A stretch of DNA of 54,387 nt from a virus (taxonomy: Duplodnaviria; Caudoviricetes), in the IMG/VR virus record IMGVR_UViG_3300047550_003005, positions 1 through 54,387 of that record. One strand, given 5' to 3'. A program made the translations under genes and the position numbers. The notes beneath the pieces are model-generated. The model searched no databases. It saw nothing but the letters and a program-made list of their open reading frames with translations, and was not told the DNA's origin. This document shows, in pieces, positions 37,901-46,369 of this stretch. Position 1 is the stretch's first letter. Each line of letters begins with the position of its first letter.

Positions 37901-39700
37901 CCTGGTGTGACTGAAGAGCAGATCGCTGAAGTGCGCGCTCGCGCTCCTCAAGGTGCTGCTGCATCTGCCGATGATTTGACGCGGCTTGCTGGGCCGCCGC
38001 GCCAGCAGCGCGGTCTTGTGAGGATGGAACGCCCGGCGCCGGATTGGATGCAACGCAATCAATCCTGGTTTGTCCCGGCATTGGCCGGTCTTGCAGGCAT
38101 GGCGTCTTCTCCAAGCAGGTATCTAGGCTCTGCTGTCTTGCAGGGGCTTGGGACGGCTGCTGAAACCTATGGCGGCATGCAGGCGCGCTTTGAAGAGCAA
38201 CAGCGCGCCCGTGAGCAGACTGGCATCCAGGCGCAGCAAGCAGCCACCGCAGAGCGGCGTGTGGATGTTGAAGAGTCCTTGCGGAACCTTCAGCTCTTGC
38301 AGCGCTTTGAAGCCATGTATGAACGGCGCCTTGGTCCCGACAATCGTGTCTTCTACCTTGACAAGGCAACTGGCCAGCAGATCAGCCTTGAGGAATACAA
38401 CAGGCGGTATCGGCAAATGCTTGGCGCGCTTACTGGCGGCGGGTCAGGTGTTGGCGCTGTTGCTGCCAGTCGGGCTCCTGGCGCCTCTGAAGCCCCTGCT
38501 GCTGGGCGTCCTGGTGAAGTGCCTGTCCCTGGTGCCGCACCTGCTGAACAGCCCGCAACGCCGCCAGCAGAGGGGGCTACCGAAGGTAGGCGTGAAGCTC
38601 CTGCTGCCCCTACAACGCAGCCTCAGACGCCGCCGCCTGCTCCTGGGCAACGTGCTGAACCGGCATCACCATATGCAAGTTCAACAGCGCAGCGCAGGCT
38701 TGAGGGGTTTGATTATTCTGTGCTTCGGAATGAAGACAATCCTCAATGGATTGATGAGCAAATCCGCGCGAAGCGCGCCAGGATTGCCGCGCTTCGGACT
38801 GAAGGAACGCAGCAGGCGCTTAATGAAATCCCTGGCTTGGAAAGCGAAGTTAAGGATTACCAGCAGCGCGCAGATAGGATCATTGGTGGTGAAATTGTTC
38901 CTCGCAACAGGGACAACACGCTGAATGAGCAGTTCCGTCAGCTTGCTGTTGAACGTGCGCAGGATGCCAAGTTTGTTGAGAGCTTGGCTGAATCTCGCAC
39001 CAATCAATACAACCGAGCCAATTCTTTTGTTTCGACGGAATATCCTGTTGCGCGCGGGCTGATAGATCAATTGACGCAGATTTATCAGAATGTGCAAACA
39101 AACCGTGGTTCTGAGGCGCTCGCGCAATTGGTCGGGCTTGGTAGCCAACTGCCTTGGCTTGGTCCTGTGATCCAAGAGCGGTTTGGTGATTTGCAGGCTG
39201 CTGTTGATGCGGGCAATAAAACTGCAATTGAGCAGGCATTCTCAAAGATTGCTGAGTCTGGCGCGCAGCGCGCTCCTGGTACGGCATTAAGAGAAGCGCT
39301 TTTGACAGTGGCGCAGCCTGGGATGTCGCCAGACGCTCGGTACATTGTCATCACCAACACGCTCGCCAATTTGGAGCGTGAGAATAAGCAATACCGCGAT
39401 TGGCTTGATGCCGGTATGCCGGAACCGGCGGCATTTAATGCTCGCTGGACGGCTTCAGGTGATAACGATCTTTCTGTCTTCCAGCGGCAGGCTGTTTCTC
39501 GGACCCCGCGTTTCGCTGGCATGACGGAAGGCGCACGACCGCTGATCCGTGGTGGTGAGCCTGCTGCTGCACCTGCTGCGCCTAGGCGGGTAGCGACAGA
39601 AGCAGACATCAACGCAACCTTGGCGGCAAACCCAGGAATGACACGCGAACAGGTAATTCAGCGCGCACGTTCCATGGGATATGAAGTGGGAGGCGAATAA
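34904..39700 (+). CDS. DNA ejection/pilot protein with two Peptidase_S74 (intramolecular chaperone) domains and a lytic transglycosylase domain
   Basis: GGGK+ST-rich N-terminus, Q/A/G tract; SDERLK..GLVAQDVEK..P.AV..VDY and SDRGLK..GLMAQEVEK.YPDAV; HESGFNP...GLGQI (SLT). Confidence 0.85.
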   Translation: MSGGGKSSTSTSSVSIPPEVLARYNAVNARAEQVAQQPFTPYGGQFVAPLTQTQQAGISNVSQAAGAAQPYYQAAGTALLGGAAQAQPYYQAATQDIYGGQAAAAPLQAAAAQNIAGAQAAAQPYQGMATGFGLAGARQIAPGGLNVGAYMSPYTEAVAQPTYQALRQQQEQERQRMLGEQIRGGAFGGDRGRIAQANLAQQQNLATAQALGNIYQQGYGQALGAAQQQQGVALQAEQANRQAQQQAAQQFLGIGQQAFGQGAQTAQQQAALGQQLFGQGAQAAQAQQALGQGLYGIGAGVSQGLAGLGTGAQQAALQGGQAQLAAGTVEQQTQQAQNQALYNQFLQQQGYPFQVAQFLANIAMGTGALSGSTTTTTQPSSFFSDERLKHDIEPIGKTFDGQDIVRFKYKGEPGTRIGLVAQDVEKKHPEAVGLAGGYKTVDYDAATDEAAARAPKAYGGGLNPWDGNSMGGGVFREDAGQGFAAGGAPGGDDVLAQINALVNAHQGMFPYGKAGLYGGGMGKAGPYGSTLMQAPSRNLLTAPAPRQQAPYDVRQAMRDVGDIAGMPERIQKGYAGAKAGLVGSPGQTTTTTSPSGQTTTQTTPSSGGLAGEGGRLQWQGSWGQQFVEGAREAAQDVAAAFGYAHGGTIRPGFSVGGLPYSQATDEYVPEDISKPITPGKLEAPKPGGQQSNDGKQLLDFAKTAAAIYGAGAATGGAIRRHYEDGGFADIGNYGGFGGDNYEGGLSPQKFETPDSRPSSILDQKDGKNDKNNTSSAQINPGVLSPSAGGHYDPSKDDAQTAASLAAIAAAVMLSDRGLKENIEPIGKLFDGQNVYRYNFKGDDKKQIGLMAQEVEKKYPDAVGLAPRKGYQQGGGPNVPEAYQSIVEEVARERGVPPHILGAVLRHESGFNPEARGQAGEIGLGQILPSTARRPGFGLNPATEEELRDPRRNIDFSASYIAARNPNVDWSNPVAAARALATNYNAGGDPNYAEKVIRYFPGVTEEQIAEVRARAPQGAAASADDLTRLAGPPRQQRGLVRMERPAPDWMQRNQSWFVPALAGLAGMASSPSRYLGSAVLQGLGTAAETYGGMQARFEEQQRAREQTGIQAQQAATAERRVDVEESLRNLQLLQRFEAMYERRLGPDNRVFYLDKATGQQISLEEYNRRYRQMLGALTGGGSGVGAVAASRAPGASEAPAAGRPGEVPVPGAAPAEQPATPPAEGATEGRREAPAAPTTQPQTPPPAPGQRAEPASPYASSTAQRRLEGFDYSVLRNEDNPQWIDEQIRAKRARIAALRTEGTQQALNEIPGLESEVKDYQQRADRIIGGEIVPRNRDNTLNEQFRQLAVERAQDAKFVESLAESRTNQYNRANSFVSTEYPVARGLIDQLTQIYQNVQTNRGSEALAQLVGLGSQLPWLGPVIQERFGDLQAAVDAGNKTAIEQAFSKIAESGAQRAPGTALREALLTVAQPGMSPDARYIVITNTLANLERENKQYRDWLDAGMPEPAAFNARWTASGDNDLSVFQRQAVSRTPRFAGMTEGARPLIRGGEPAAAPAAPRRVATEADINATLAANPGMTREQVIQRARSMGYEVGGE

Positions 39701-42006
39701 TGTCTGGGCGCAATTTGTTTGCCGAAGAGCTTCCTGCTGCTGAATCTCCCCCCGCTGATGGGCGTAATTTATTTGCTGACACAACCCCGGCGCAAAGGTT
39801 TGAGCAGCAAATTCAGGAGCGCATGCCTGCTGCAAGACAGCGCCAGGAAACCATGGGATATCGGCTGCCGGATGTCGAAATCCCAGTTCTCACCCCGCTT
39901 ATGGAGCGTGGCACATCTGCCATTTTGGCTGCTGCAAGAGGCCCTGAAGGCACCACTTTTGGGGAGCGGTATTCTTCTGAGCTTGCCGCCAGGGAAGCTC
40001 AAAAGCGCGCCTATCAGGAAGCAAACCCGGCACTTGCAGCGGCGGGCCAAGTGGGCGGCGCCCTGGCGACATTGCCGATCTTCCCCACGTTGGCCGCTCC
40101 GCGTGTTGCGGCGGCAGTGCAGCCTGCATTGAATGTTGCCAGTCGATATGTGCCACAGGCTGTTGCTGATGCGGCATCAGCGGCTGCCCGGTATGTCCCA
40201 GGTTTCATTTCCAGGCCCACTCAGGCGGTGGGGCGCGCGGCGGTTCCTGTTGGGCTTGCGGCGGCAGAAAGTGGCCTTTACGGTGCTGCTGAAGAGGCTG
40301 CGAAGCTTGTTCCTGGGGAGAGCCTGGGTGATATTGCTGAACGTGCAAAAGAAGGCGGCGAATTCGGTGCTTTGCTTGGTGGCGGATTGCGCGCTGGTTT
40401 AGGCGCCCTGGGTGCCGGTTATGGCGCGGTCAGGAATTACATCAATCCGCAGCGTGAAATTGCCCAAAGGGCTCAAACTTCTGCCTTGGGTAAAGGGCAG
40501 ATGACAATGGAAGAATTTGAACAGGCGGCGGCTCGCGGGCTTCCTGTTTCTATTGCTGATCTTCCTGGTGGCCGCGCCATGGTGGAAGGCGCCTTGGGGC
40601 GCGTTGAAAGGTCTGAAGCTCCGACAGCGCAAAAGCTGCAAGAATTCTTTCAGACCCGGCAGGCAGAAGCCACAAATACCACTCGGCAGCAGATCGACAA
40701 TATTTTTGGCCGCCCCATTGAGCCTGCTGCTTTGGTGCGGGAAGCTGAAGATGTTGCCCGCGCCGCAAATGCTCCTGCATATCGTGCTGCCTATTCTCAA
40801 CCTATTGCCCAGCATGTTTGGAATGATGAGCTTGCGCAATTTTTGCAGCATCCAGAAGGGCAAAAAGCAGCACGAAAAGCTATTGATGCCTTGTCATTGA
40901 GAAGCCAAACGCCGGGTGGATTTACAAATCCTTTCATCAGGCAAAATGGTCAGATTGTTTTTAGTGGTCAAGGTAATGTGCCGCTAGAATTCTGGGATCG
41001 GTTCCGCCGCTCTTTGCGGGATGAAGCTGAAGAATTGTATCGGCGCGGTCGATCTACTGATGCTGGAGATTTGACCAATTTCAAAAATCAATTGCAGGGG
41101 TATTTGACGACTAATTTTGTGCCTTATCGGCAAGCTGTTGAAGGCGCCGGGAAGTACCTGCGCGCAGATAATGCCTTTACTGCTGGTGAAGAATTTTTCA
41201 GAGAAGCATCAAAAGGGAGGCAGGCCGACACTCGGTATGTTGGCAATCAGATGTATCAATTTGCCAATAAGTTTTCTCCTGAAGAGCAAAATATGTTCAG
41301 AACGGGGCTTGCTGCTTATATCAGGACAAATCCTGATGATGCGGCGAAGGTATTTGCCTCCCGTGATGCCGGTATTTTGAACCAATACAGGGCAATTCTT
41401 GGCGCTGATAAATTCAAAGACATTCAATCGGCCATGCTCGCCCATGGTGCGGCGAGGAATATTCGTGGGATTGTGGCCGATCCAAGCAGGGTCACGCAAT
41501 TTGCTGAAAAGGTCGGCCAATTTGGTGGCCTTGGTTCTCTTGGTTATGCAATTGCGAGTGGATCACCAGTCAGTGTGTTTCATGTCCTTGCTTCTTTGGG
41601 TGTAAGCGGTGGTGCCGCGCTTTCGAACATGATGGGCAATGCCCGCGCCCGGCAGATATTGCGGCTGGCTATGTCTGATGATCCGCAAGATGCGGCGCGG
41701 TTGGTCAGTATGGCCAGAAGCCAGCCTGCCGTGGCCAACATTCTTGATGAGATCAATTCAGCATCATCTCGTGCTGTCATGGCGTTAAATGATCAAAGTG
41801 CGCCGCCACCTCGCCGTGCCGGTGGCCGCGTGGGCCGGGCATCCGGTGGGCGTCTGATGCGGAATGATCATTCTGCCAGGGCTGCCGCGCTGATAAGGGC
41901 TGCGGAAGCCGCCAAGAAGGCGCATAATGCCACCACGGAGGGCATCCTTGAGCAGCCGGATGAGGCTGTGGCCAAGGCGCTTTCTATCGCAAACAAAGCT
42001 ATTTAA
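39700..42006 (+). CDS. DNA ejection (internal virion) protein
   Basis: Ala/Gly-rich hydrophobic segments, GRNLFA x2, TAATG overlap; C-terminal RAGG/RASGG. Confidence 0.7.
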   Translation: MSGRNLFAEELPAAESPPADGRNLFADTTPAQRFEQQIQERMPAARQRQETMGYRLPDVEIPVLTPLMERGTSAILAAARGPEGTTFGERYSSELAAREAQKRAYQEANPALAAAGQVGGALATLPIFPTLAAPRVAAAVQPALNVASRYVPQAVADAASAAARYVPGFISRPTQAVGRAAVPVGLAAAESGLYGAAEEAAKLVPGESLGDIAERAKEGGEFGALLGGGLRAGLGALGAGYGAVRNYINPQREIAQRAQTSALGKGQMTMEEFEQAAARGLPVSIADLPGGRAMVEGALGRVERSEAPTAQKLQEFFQTRQAEATNTTRQQIDNIFGRPIEPAALVREAEDVARAANAPAYRAAYSQPIAQHVWNDELAQFLQHPEGQKAARKAIDALSLRSQTPGGFTNPFIRQNGQIVFSGQGNVPLEFWDRFRRSLRDEAEELYRRGRSTDAGDLTNFKNQLQGYLTTNFVPYRQAVEGAGKYLRADNAFTAGEEFFREASKGRQADTRYVGNQMYQFANKFSPEEQNMFRTGLAAYIRTNPDDAAKVFASRDAGILNQYRAILGADKFKDIQSAMLAHGAARNIRGIVADPSRVTQFAEKVGQFGGLGSLGYAIASGSPVSVFHVLASLGVSGGAALSNMMGNARARQILRLAMSDDPQDAARLVSMARSQPAVANILDEINSASSRAVMALNDQSAPPPRRAGGRVGRASGGRLMRNDHSARAAALIRAAEAAKKAHNATTEGILEQPDEAVAKALSIANKAI

Positions 42007-42017
42007 CGGGGTATGCC

Positions 42018-43121
42018 ATGACTTCGACGTTCACGCCCAACAAAAACCTAGAGCTGCCAGGGTACAACGATTACGTCGATAGCTGGAACACGCCGGTAAA
42101 TGCGGATTTTACGGCGGTTGATACTGCGCTTGGCGGCGTCACTAACCTGAATGCTACTGCGACTTCTGGTGATGTTACCCTAACATCCACGCAGTATCGC
42201 CCGATCCAGATTGTTGTTACAGGCACTTTAACTGCCAATGTACGGTACTTGATTCCGGCCAGCGTGGGCGGCCAGTGGACCGTCACCAACAGTACAACAG
42301 GCGCTTTCACCCTGAAGATCGCATCTGCTGCTGGCGGATCGGATATCACGCTGCCGAGTGGCACCACGATGGTGTCCTGCGATGGCACGGCCACCGGCAT
42401 GCGGCTTTCCATTACCTCCACGGGTGTTGCGCGGGTGGACAGCTTCTCCGGTGGCACTACCGGCCTGACGCCTGCTGTGGCCACCACAGGGGCTGTGACG
42501 CTGGCAGGCACCTTGGGTGTGGCAAATGGCGGCACTGGCCTCACAGCGGCTCCTGTGAGCGGCCAGCTGCCGATTGGAAATGGTGCCGGGTACACGCTAA
42601 ACCAAATCACAGCGGGTTCTGGGATTACGATCACCAATGGCGCCGGGTCAATTACAATTACCGCGACAGCACAGCAGCCTTTTGCTGCTGGGACAGTAAT
42701 TGTTTTTGGGCAAACTGCCGCGCCAACTGGATGGACGAAAATTACCACCAACAATAATGCCGCTTTGCGAATAGTAAGTGGGGCTGCAAGCAGTGGTGGG
42801 ACGGTTGATTTTACCACAGCTTTTGCATCTCAAGCTGTTTCTGGCACCATCGGTAACACGACTGACACAGGAACAGTCGGAAATACAACACTATCAACCG
42901 CTCAAATTCCGAGCCACACTCACGCTTTTGGATCACAGGCTTCTAGTGCTGGTTCTGATGTTGGAAATGGTACTGCCGTAGGTGCAGACACAGGTGCAAC
43001 AGGTGGTGGTGGTTCGCACAATCACTCATTGACCATGAATGCGCATACGCATAGTTTTACTGGGACCGCCATCAATCTGGCAGTTAAATATGTAGATGTA
43101 ATTTTTGCTTCAAAGGATTGA
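42018..43121 (+). CDS. Tail fibre protein
   Basis: T.N..LELP...W...VN..F anchor; VANGGTG; same tip module as 25952-27793. Confidence 0.85.
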   Translation: MTSTFTPNKNLELPGYNDYVDSWNTPVNADFTAVDTALGGVTNLNATATSGDVTLTSTQYRPIQIVVTGTLTANVRYLIPASVGGQWTVTNSTTGAFTLKIASAAGGSDITLPSGTTMVSCDGTATGMRLSITSTGVARVDSFSGGTTGLTPAVATTGAVTLAGTLGVANGGTGLTAAPVSGQLPIGNGAGYTLNQITAGSGITITNGAGSITITATAQQPFAAGTVIVFGQTAAPTGWTKITTNNNAALRIVSGAASSGGTVDFTTAFASQAVSGTIGNTTDTGTVGNTTLSTAQIPSHTHAFGSQASSAGSDVGNGTAVGADTGATGGGGSHNHSLTMNAHTHSFTGTAINLAVKYVDVIFASKD

Positions 43122-43125
43122 TAGG

Positions 43126-43428
43126 ATGAAGTTTGAAGTTGAATCCAATTGCCCGCTCAATAATTTTGAGCCATGCAAGCAATTAAAGTGCGCATGGTTT
43201 ATTCAGGTACGAGGGCATAATCCAAATACAGGTCAAGAGGTTGATGAATGGGCTTGTGCTATGGCATGGCTGCCAACTCTCATGATCGAAAACAGTCAGC
43301 AGCAAAGACAAACTGGCGCTGCCGTTGAATCATTTAGAAATGAGATGGTTCGCGCAAATGAAACCAGCCAACAGGTTTTGTTGGCAACTGCTGGCATAAC
43401 CACACCCAAGCTTATTGGAGGCATCTGA
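43126..43428 (+). CDS. Cys-rich fibre-associated protein
   Basis: CPL...C....CAWF...G.NP.TG..VDEW.CA..WLP...VESFRNE. Confidence 0.75.
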   Translation: MKFEVESNCPLNNFEPCKQLKCAWFIQVRGHNPNTGQEVDEWACAMAWLPTLMIENSQQQRQTGAAVESFRNEMVRANETSQQVLLATAGITTPKLIGGI

Positions 43429-43682
43429 TGAAATTCACCCTTATTGTTCCTGATGGAACCATGGCGATTGATGGTGAGGGCTATTCAATTGATGTATCCC
43501 CAGCGCCTGCTGGCCTTCATGCCGTGCAATGGTATGAAACCTGGGGTGAAGAGGAATGGGCAGATGATCGTGGACGTTTAATTCGCAATCAAGAAATTTC
43601 CTCATACACCGCTTATCAGTGGGCTATTGATGCTTGGAATGTAGCAAAAGCTGCTGCCGAAGCTGAAAAAGCGGCGAAGTAA
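43428..43682 (+). CDS. Putative fibre assembly protein
   Basis: HAVQWY..WGEEE; TGATG overlap. Confidence 0.65.
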   Translation: MKFTLIVPDGTMAIDGEGYSIDVSPAPAGLHAVQWYETWGEEEWADDRGRLIRNQEISSYTAYQWAIDAWNVAKAAAEAEKAAK

Positions 43683-43765
43683 CAGGCTAATCAATCTGAC
43701 GGCAGTAATGATGTCCCTACGGTTATTTAATACCCACCAGACCCCGAATCGTTAAGGGTTGATCC

Positions 43766-44293
43766 ATGTCCTTCTTCCCCAAAATCCTGACCGAAACCCT
43801 GCACCACGAGGGGTTGTGGAGCGACCACAGGGATGATCCCGGCGGCGCGACAATGAAGGGCGTGACGCTCAAGACCTATTCGGATTTCCTGGGTCGCCCA
43901 GCCACCAAAGATGAGCTGCGCAAAATTCCCGATGATCACCTCCTGGCGATCTACCGCAAGGGGTACTGGGACAAGGTGAAGGGCGATGAGCTTGCCGCGA
44001 TCTCGCCGGGGCTTGCTGCATGCGTCTTTGACTTCGCGGTGAACAGTGGTCCAGGGCGGGCTGCCAAGGCTCTTCAAAGCCTCTGTGGGGCCGTTACGGA
44101 CGGCGCCATAGGCCCCAATAGCCTGAAGCAGGTGAAAGCTTGGGTGGACATGCTAGGCCCCCAGAAGGCGGTTGATGCGTATCAGGCTTACCGGCAGCAC
44201 TACCTGGAAAGCCTGGATACGTTTGCCACTTTTGGCAAAGGCTGGACCCGGCGCATCACCGAAATGACCGCCTTTGGTAAGGATAACGCCTAA
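43766..44293 (+). CDS. Endolysin, GH108 lysozyme + peptidoglycan-binding domain
   Basis: HEG...H..DPGGAT..GVT, FDFAVNSGPGRA, DG.IGP, FGKGWTRR. Confidence 0.9.
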   Translation: MSFFPKILTETLHHEGLWSDHRDDPGGATMKGVTLKTYSDFLGRPATKDELRKIPDDHLLAIYRKGYWDKVKGDELAAISPGLAACVFDFAVNSGPGRAAKALQSLCGAVTDGAIGPNSLKQVKAWVDMLGPQKAVDAYQAYRQHYLESLDTFATFGKGWTRRITEMTAFGKDNA

Positions 44294-44493
44294 TCCTTTA
44301 ATAGCGTCCGGCCCAATGTAAGGTTTTGCTGTGCGCGGATGTCGCGGTTGCCCCAGGACCAGCACTGGCCGGTTTCGTCCTGGAAGCAAACCCAGACCAA
44401 ATCGGCTTCTGGCCCGTAATCAATGATCAGGTGCGCCCAGGCGTTACCCTTGGGCGTGATCACCGGGATTGGCGGGTTCAATTGCTTGATCAT
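44290..44493 (-). CDS. Conserved hypothetical phage protein
   Basis: QLNPPIPV.TPKG...IDYG.E.DL.WVCF...G.CW...N.DIR...N.TLGR. Confidence 0.8.
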   Translation of the reverse strand: MIKQLNPPIPVITPKGNAWAHLIIDYGPEADLVWVCFQDETGQCWSWGNRDIRAQQNLTLGRTLLKD

Positions 44494-44749
44494 GATTTTT
44501 TCCCAATACGGATGCCACGTTTTCCACGGCCCGCATCATGTCTGACAGCTTCACTTGGAAGATGTCGGCGATCTTCAGGATGTTGCCGTAGGTCGGGGCG
44601 CATAGGCCCTTTTCCCAGGCGCCTATGGCAGAGCTTGTGACATGGCACCGCCGCGCCATGCTTTCCTTGGACCAGCCTCTGCGGCGGCGCTCAACCCTGA
44701 GCATCACCGCAAAGGCCCTGGTGTACAGATCATCCCGCTTTTGCGGCAT
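44444..44749 (-). CDS. XRE-family HTH regulator
   Basis: R.RRGWSKE.MA...HVTSSAIGAWEKG..AP....I.KIA..F. Confidence 0.85.
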   Translation of the reverse strand: MPQKRDDLYTRAFAVMLRVERRRRGWSKESMARRCHVTSSAIGAWEKGLCAPTYGNILKIADIFQVKLSDMMRAVENVASVLGKNHDQAIEPANPGDHAQG

Positions 44750-44751
44750 CG

Positions 44752-45069
44752 TTACCGGGCGCCCACTTGGCGTGAGGTGCCGGTGACGACCTCAAAGGGG
44801 TTGATGCTACGCCCGCTTTTGCAGGGGCCGCACAGGCGGTTGTGGGCGCCTTCGGAATCAAACGTCTTCCGGCAGCACATGCATGGCCTGGGGTTCAGCA
44901 TGGGCTTGGGGGCCACATGCCGGTGATACCACTTCTCGGTAGCCCAGAGGGGGATGCCGAGAGCGTCAGCCATTTGCTGGAAGGTTTCCTTCCGCTTTTT
45001 GGCTTCAATGATGTAGGTGGTGCGCCGTTCCCACTCATCTTCGCTGACGTACATGATGGAATCACCCAT
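44752..45069 (-). CDS. HTH + Zn-finger protein
   Basis: TFQQMADALGI; RPCMCCRKTFDSEGAHNRLCGPCK; start may be 45054. Confidence 0.7.
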   Translation of the reverse strand: MGDSIMYVSEDEWERRTTYIIEAKKRKETFQQMADALGIPLWATEKWYHRHVAPKPMLNPRPCMCCRKTFDSEGAHNRLCGPCKSGRSINPFEVVTGTSRQVGAR

Positions 45070-45586
45070 TTGCTTCTGCCTTTGCCTTTGCTGCTTTCAC
45101 AGCCCTTCTATAGAGCTTTGGAAAAACGGCAGGGGGCAAAAGAATGTGATCTATTTGGACATAGGCACGATTTATCCATTCGCTTATTGCGCCTGGGCTT
45201 CTGTCTAATTCATTGGCCATGGCATTGAATTCTTCCATTGTTTTTATAGTGGGAAGCTTTCGCGCCACATATTCTGTTTCTTCTGGCAATATCTTACGCC
45301 CATTCCTTTTGGCGGTTGAGTTTTTGCGTGTCCGTTTTGGGGCTTTATCCAAAGCCAAGGGCAATTGATTGGGGTCCACATAAAAATCTGGATCATCAAT
45401 CGGTTTACTAAGGATTTCTTTGACTTTTTCTGTGGCTTTCAACAATTCCGGCGTGGGGTTCGCCAATTTGGGCCGAGGCGGGGGGTCTTCATTAAGAAAC
45501 CGCTTCATCCATTCAGCGGCTTCTTTGGCTTCTGCAATGGTTGGAGACTTAGCAAGAGCCAATTTCAAAATTTCTTCGTTATTCAT
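45062..45586 (-). CDS. Hypothetical DNA-binding protein (AT-rich)
   Basis: AAGGAG RBS; MANELDRSPGAI HTH-like. Confidence 0.65.
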   Translation of the reverse strand: MNNEEILKLALAKSPTIAEAKEAAEWMKRFLNEDPPPRPKLANPTPELLKATEKVKEILSKPIDDPDFYVDPNQLPLALDKAPKRTRKNSTAKRNGRKILPEETEYVARKLPTIKTMEEFNAMANELDRSPGAISEWINRAYVQIDHILLPPAVFPKLYRRAVKAAKAKAEANG

Positions 45587-45597
45587 CTCAATTCTCC

Positions 45598-45888
45598 TTA
45601 CGCCAAAGCGCTTTCAACAAATTTGCCACCTTTGTTGGTCATGGTCACATAGACCCGGCGACGATCTTCTTTTTCGTCGCGGATGCGCTTGACGTATCCA
45701 AGCTTTTCAAGCTCATCCACAGAACGTGAAATGGCGGGTGCGCTGACATCAGCAGTTTTGGCCAATTCATGTACCATCAAATCTGAAACCAAATGCAATT
45801 CGAGCATGATGCGCAATTGCAATTTGTTCAAGACATTGGCGGCTGTCATGACATTGACCACCATTTGGGCTTTCTCTTCGCTTGTCAT
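45598..45888 (-). CDS. MarR-family winged-helix regulator
   Basis: ELAK..DVSAPAISRSVDELEKLGYVKR....EDRRRVYVTMT.KG; AGGAG RBS. Confidence 0.9.
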   Translation of the reverse strand: MTSEEKAQMVVNVMTAANVLNKLQLRIMLELHLVSDLMVHELAKTADVSAPAISRSVDELEKLGYVKRIRDEKEDRRRVYVTMTNKGGKFVESALA

Positions 45889-45890
45889 CT

Positions 45891-46322
45891 CTATCTCCTG
45901 TCTGAATAAAAAACGTGTCCATCGACCTCTGCGACTTCCACGAGGTGGTGCCATCGGGCGCGATACCTTTTGGCGTGAAAGAACAGCGCACCATTGGTGA
46001 CGCTGCCAGGGGGCTCTCCTGCGATCCGCCATGCAGCCTGCCAGGATGCGTTCCTGGGCGGTTGTGCGTTTCTGAGGCTGGTGCAGGTCCAACTGAATTG
46101 GCAAGTGGCCCCTGTGCGCTGGAAAACGACCGCGCAGGGGGTCTTGGGGAATGCCGGGTGATTGACCCGGTTCCAGATCACTTCAGCCACCGCGCGCTGG
46201 CCATTCTCTGACAGCCCACGGGCTTCCCAATAGATGGCTTTGGCGATGCATGCGCGCTGATCTGCGGCCTGGGCGGGCGTGATGCAGAGCAGGGCTGTAA
46301 GCGCGATGGCTGTGCGGATCAT
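45891..46322 (-). CDS. Cell wall hydrolase (SleB/Hydrolase_2) with signal peptide
   Basis: CIAKAIYWEARG...AVAEVIWNRV..FP...C.VVFQ....QFSW...GALFFH...GHVFY; signal ending AQA-A. Confidence 0.9.
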   Translation of the reverse strand: MIRTAIALTALLCITPAQAADQRACIAKAIYWEARGLSENGQRAVAEVIWNRVNHPAFPKTPCAVVFQRTGATCQFSWTCTSLRNAQPPRNASWQAAWRIAGEPPGSVTNGALFFHAKRYRARWHHLVEVAEVDGHVFYSDRR

Positions 46323-46369
46323 AGGCTGCGGATGATGTTGTAAAGCACTATCAGGACAAGATCGATCAT
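46319..46369 (-). CDS. 16-aa hydrophobic minigene
   Basis: MIDLVLIVLYNIIRSL; ATGA overlaps at both ends; GGAG RBS. Confidence 0.45.
   Translation of the reverse strand: MIDLVLIVLYNIIRSL

Noticed and set aside
34904-39700. Tape measure protein / long-tailed morphology
   Set aside because: No tail tube, sheath, baseplate or frameshifted chaperone genes recognised; context (nozzle, GNAT, consecutive large genes) fits podovirus ejection proteins
27356-43121. Diversity-generating retroelement (TR/VR pair) suggested by the duplicated fibre tips
   Set aside because: Differences involve all bases and many are synonymous third positions, not adenine-specific; both copies are in-frame gene ends; no reverse transcriptase ORF seen
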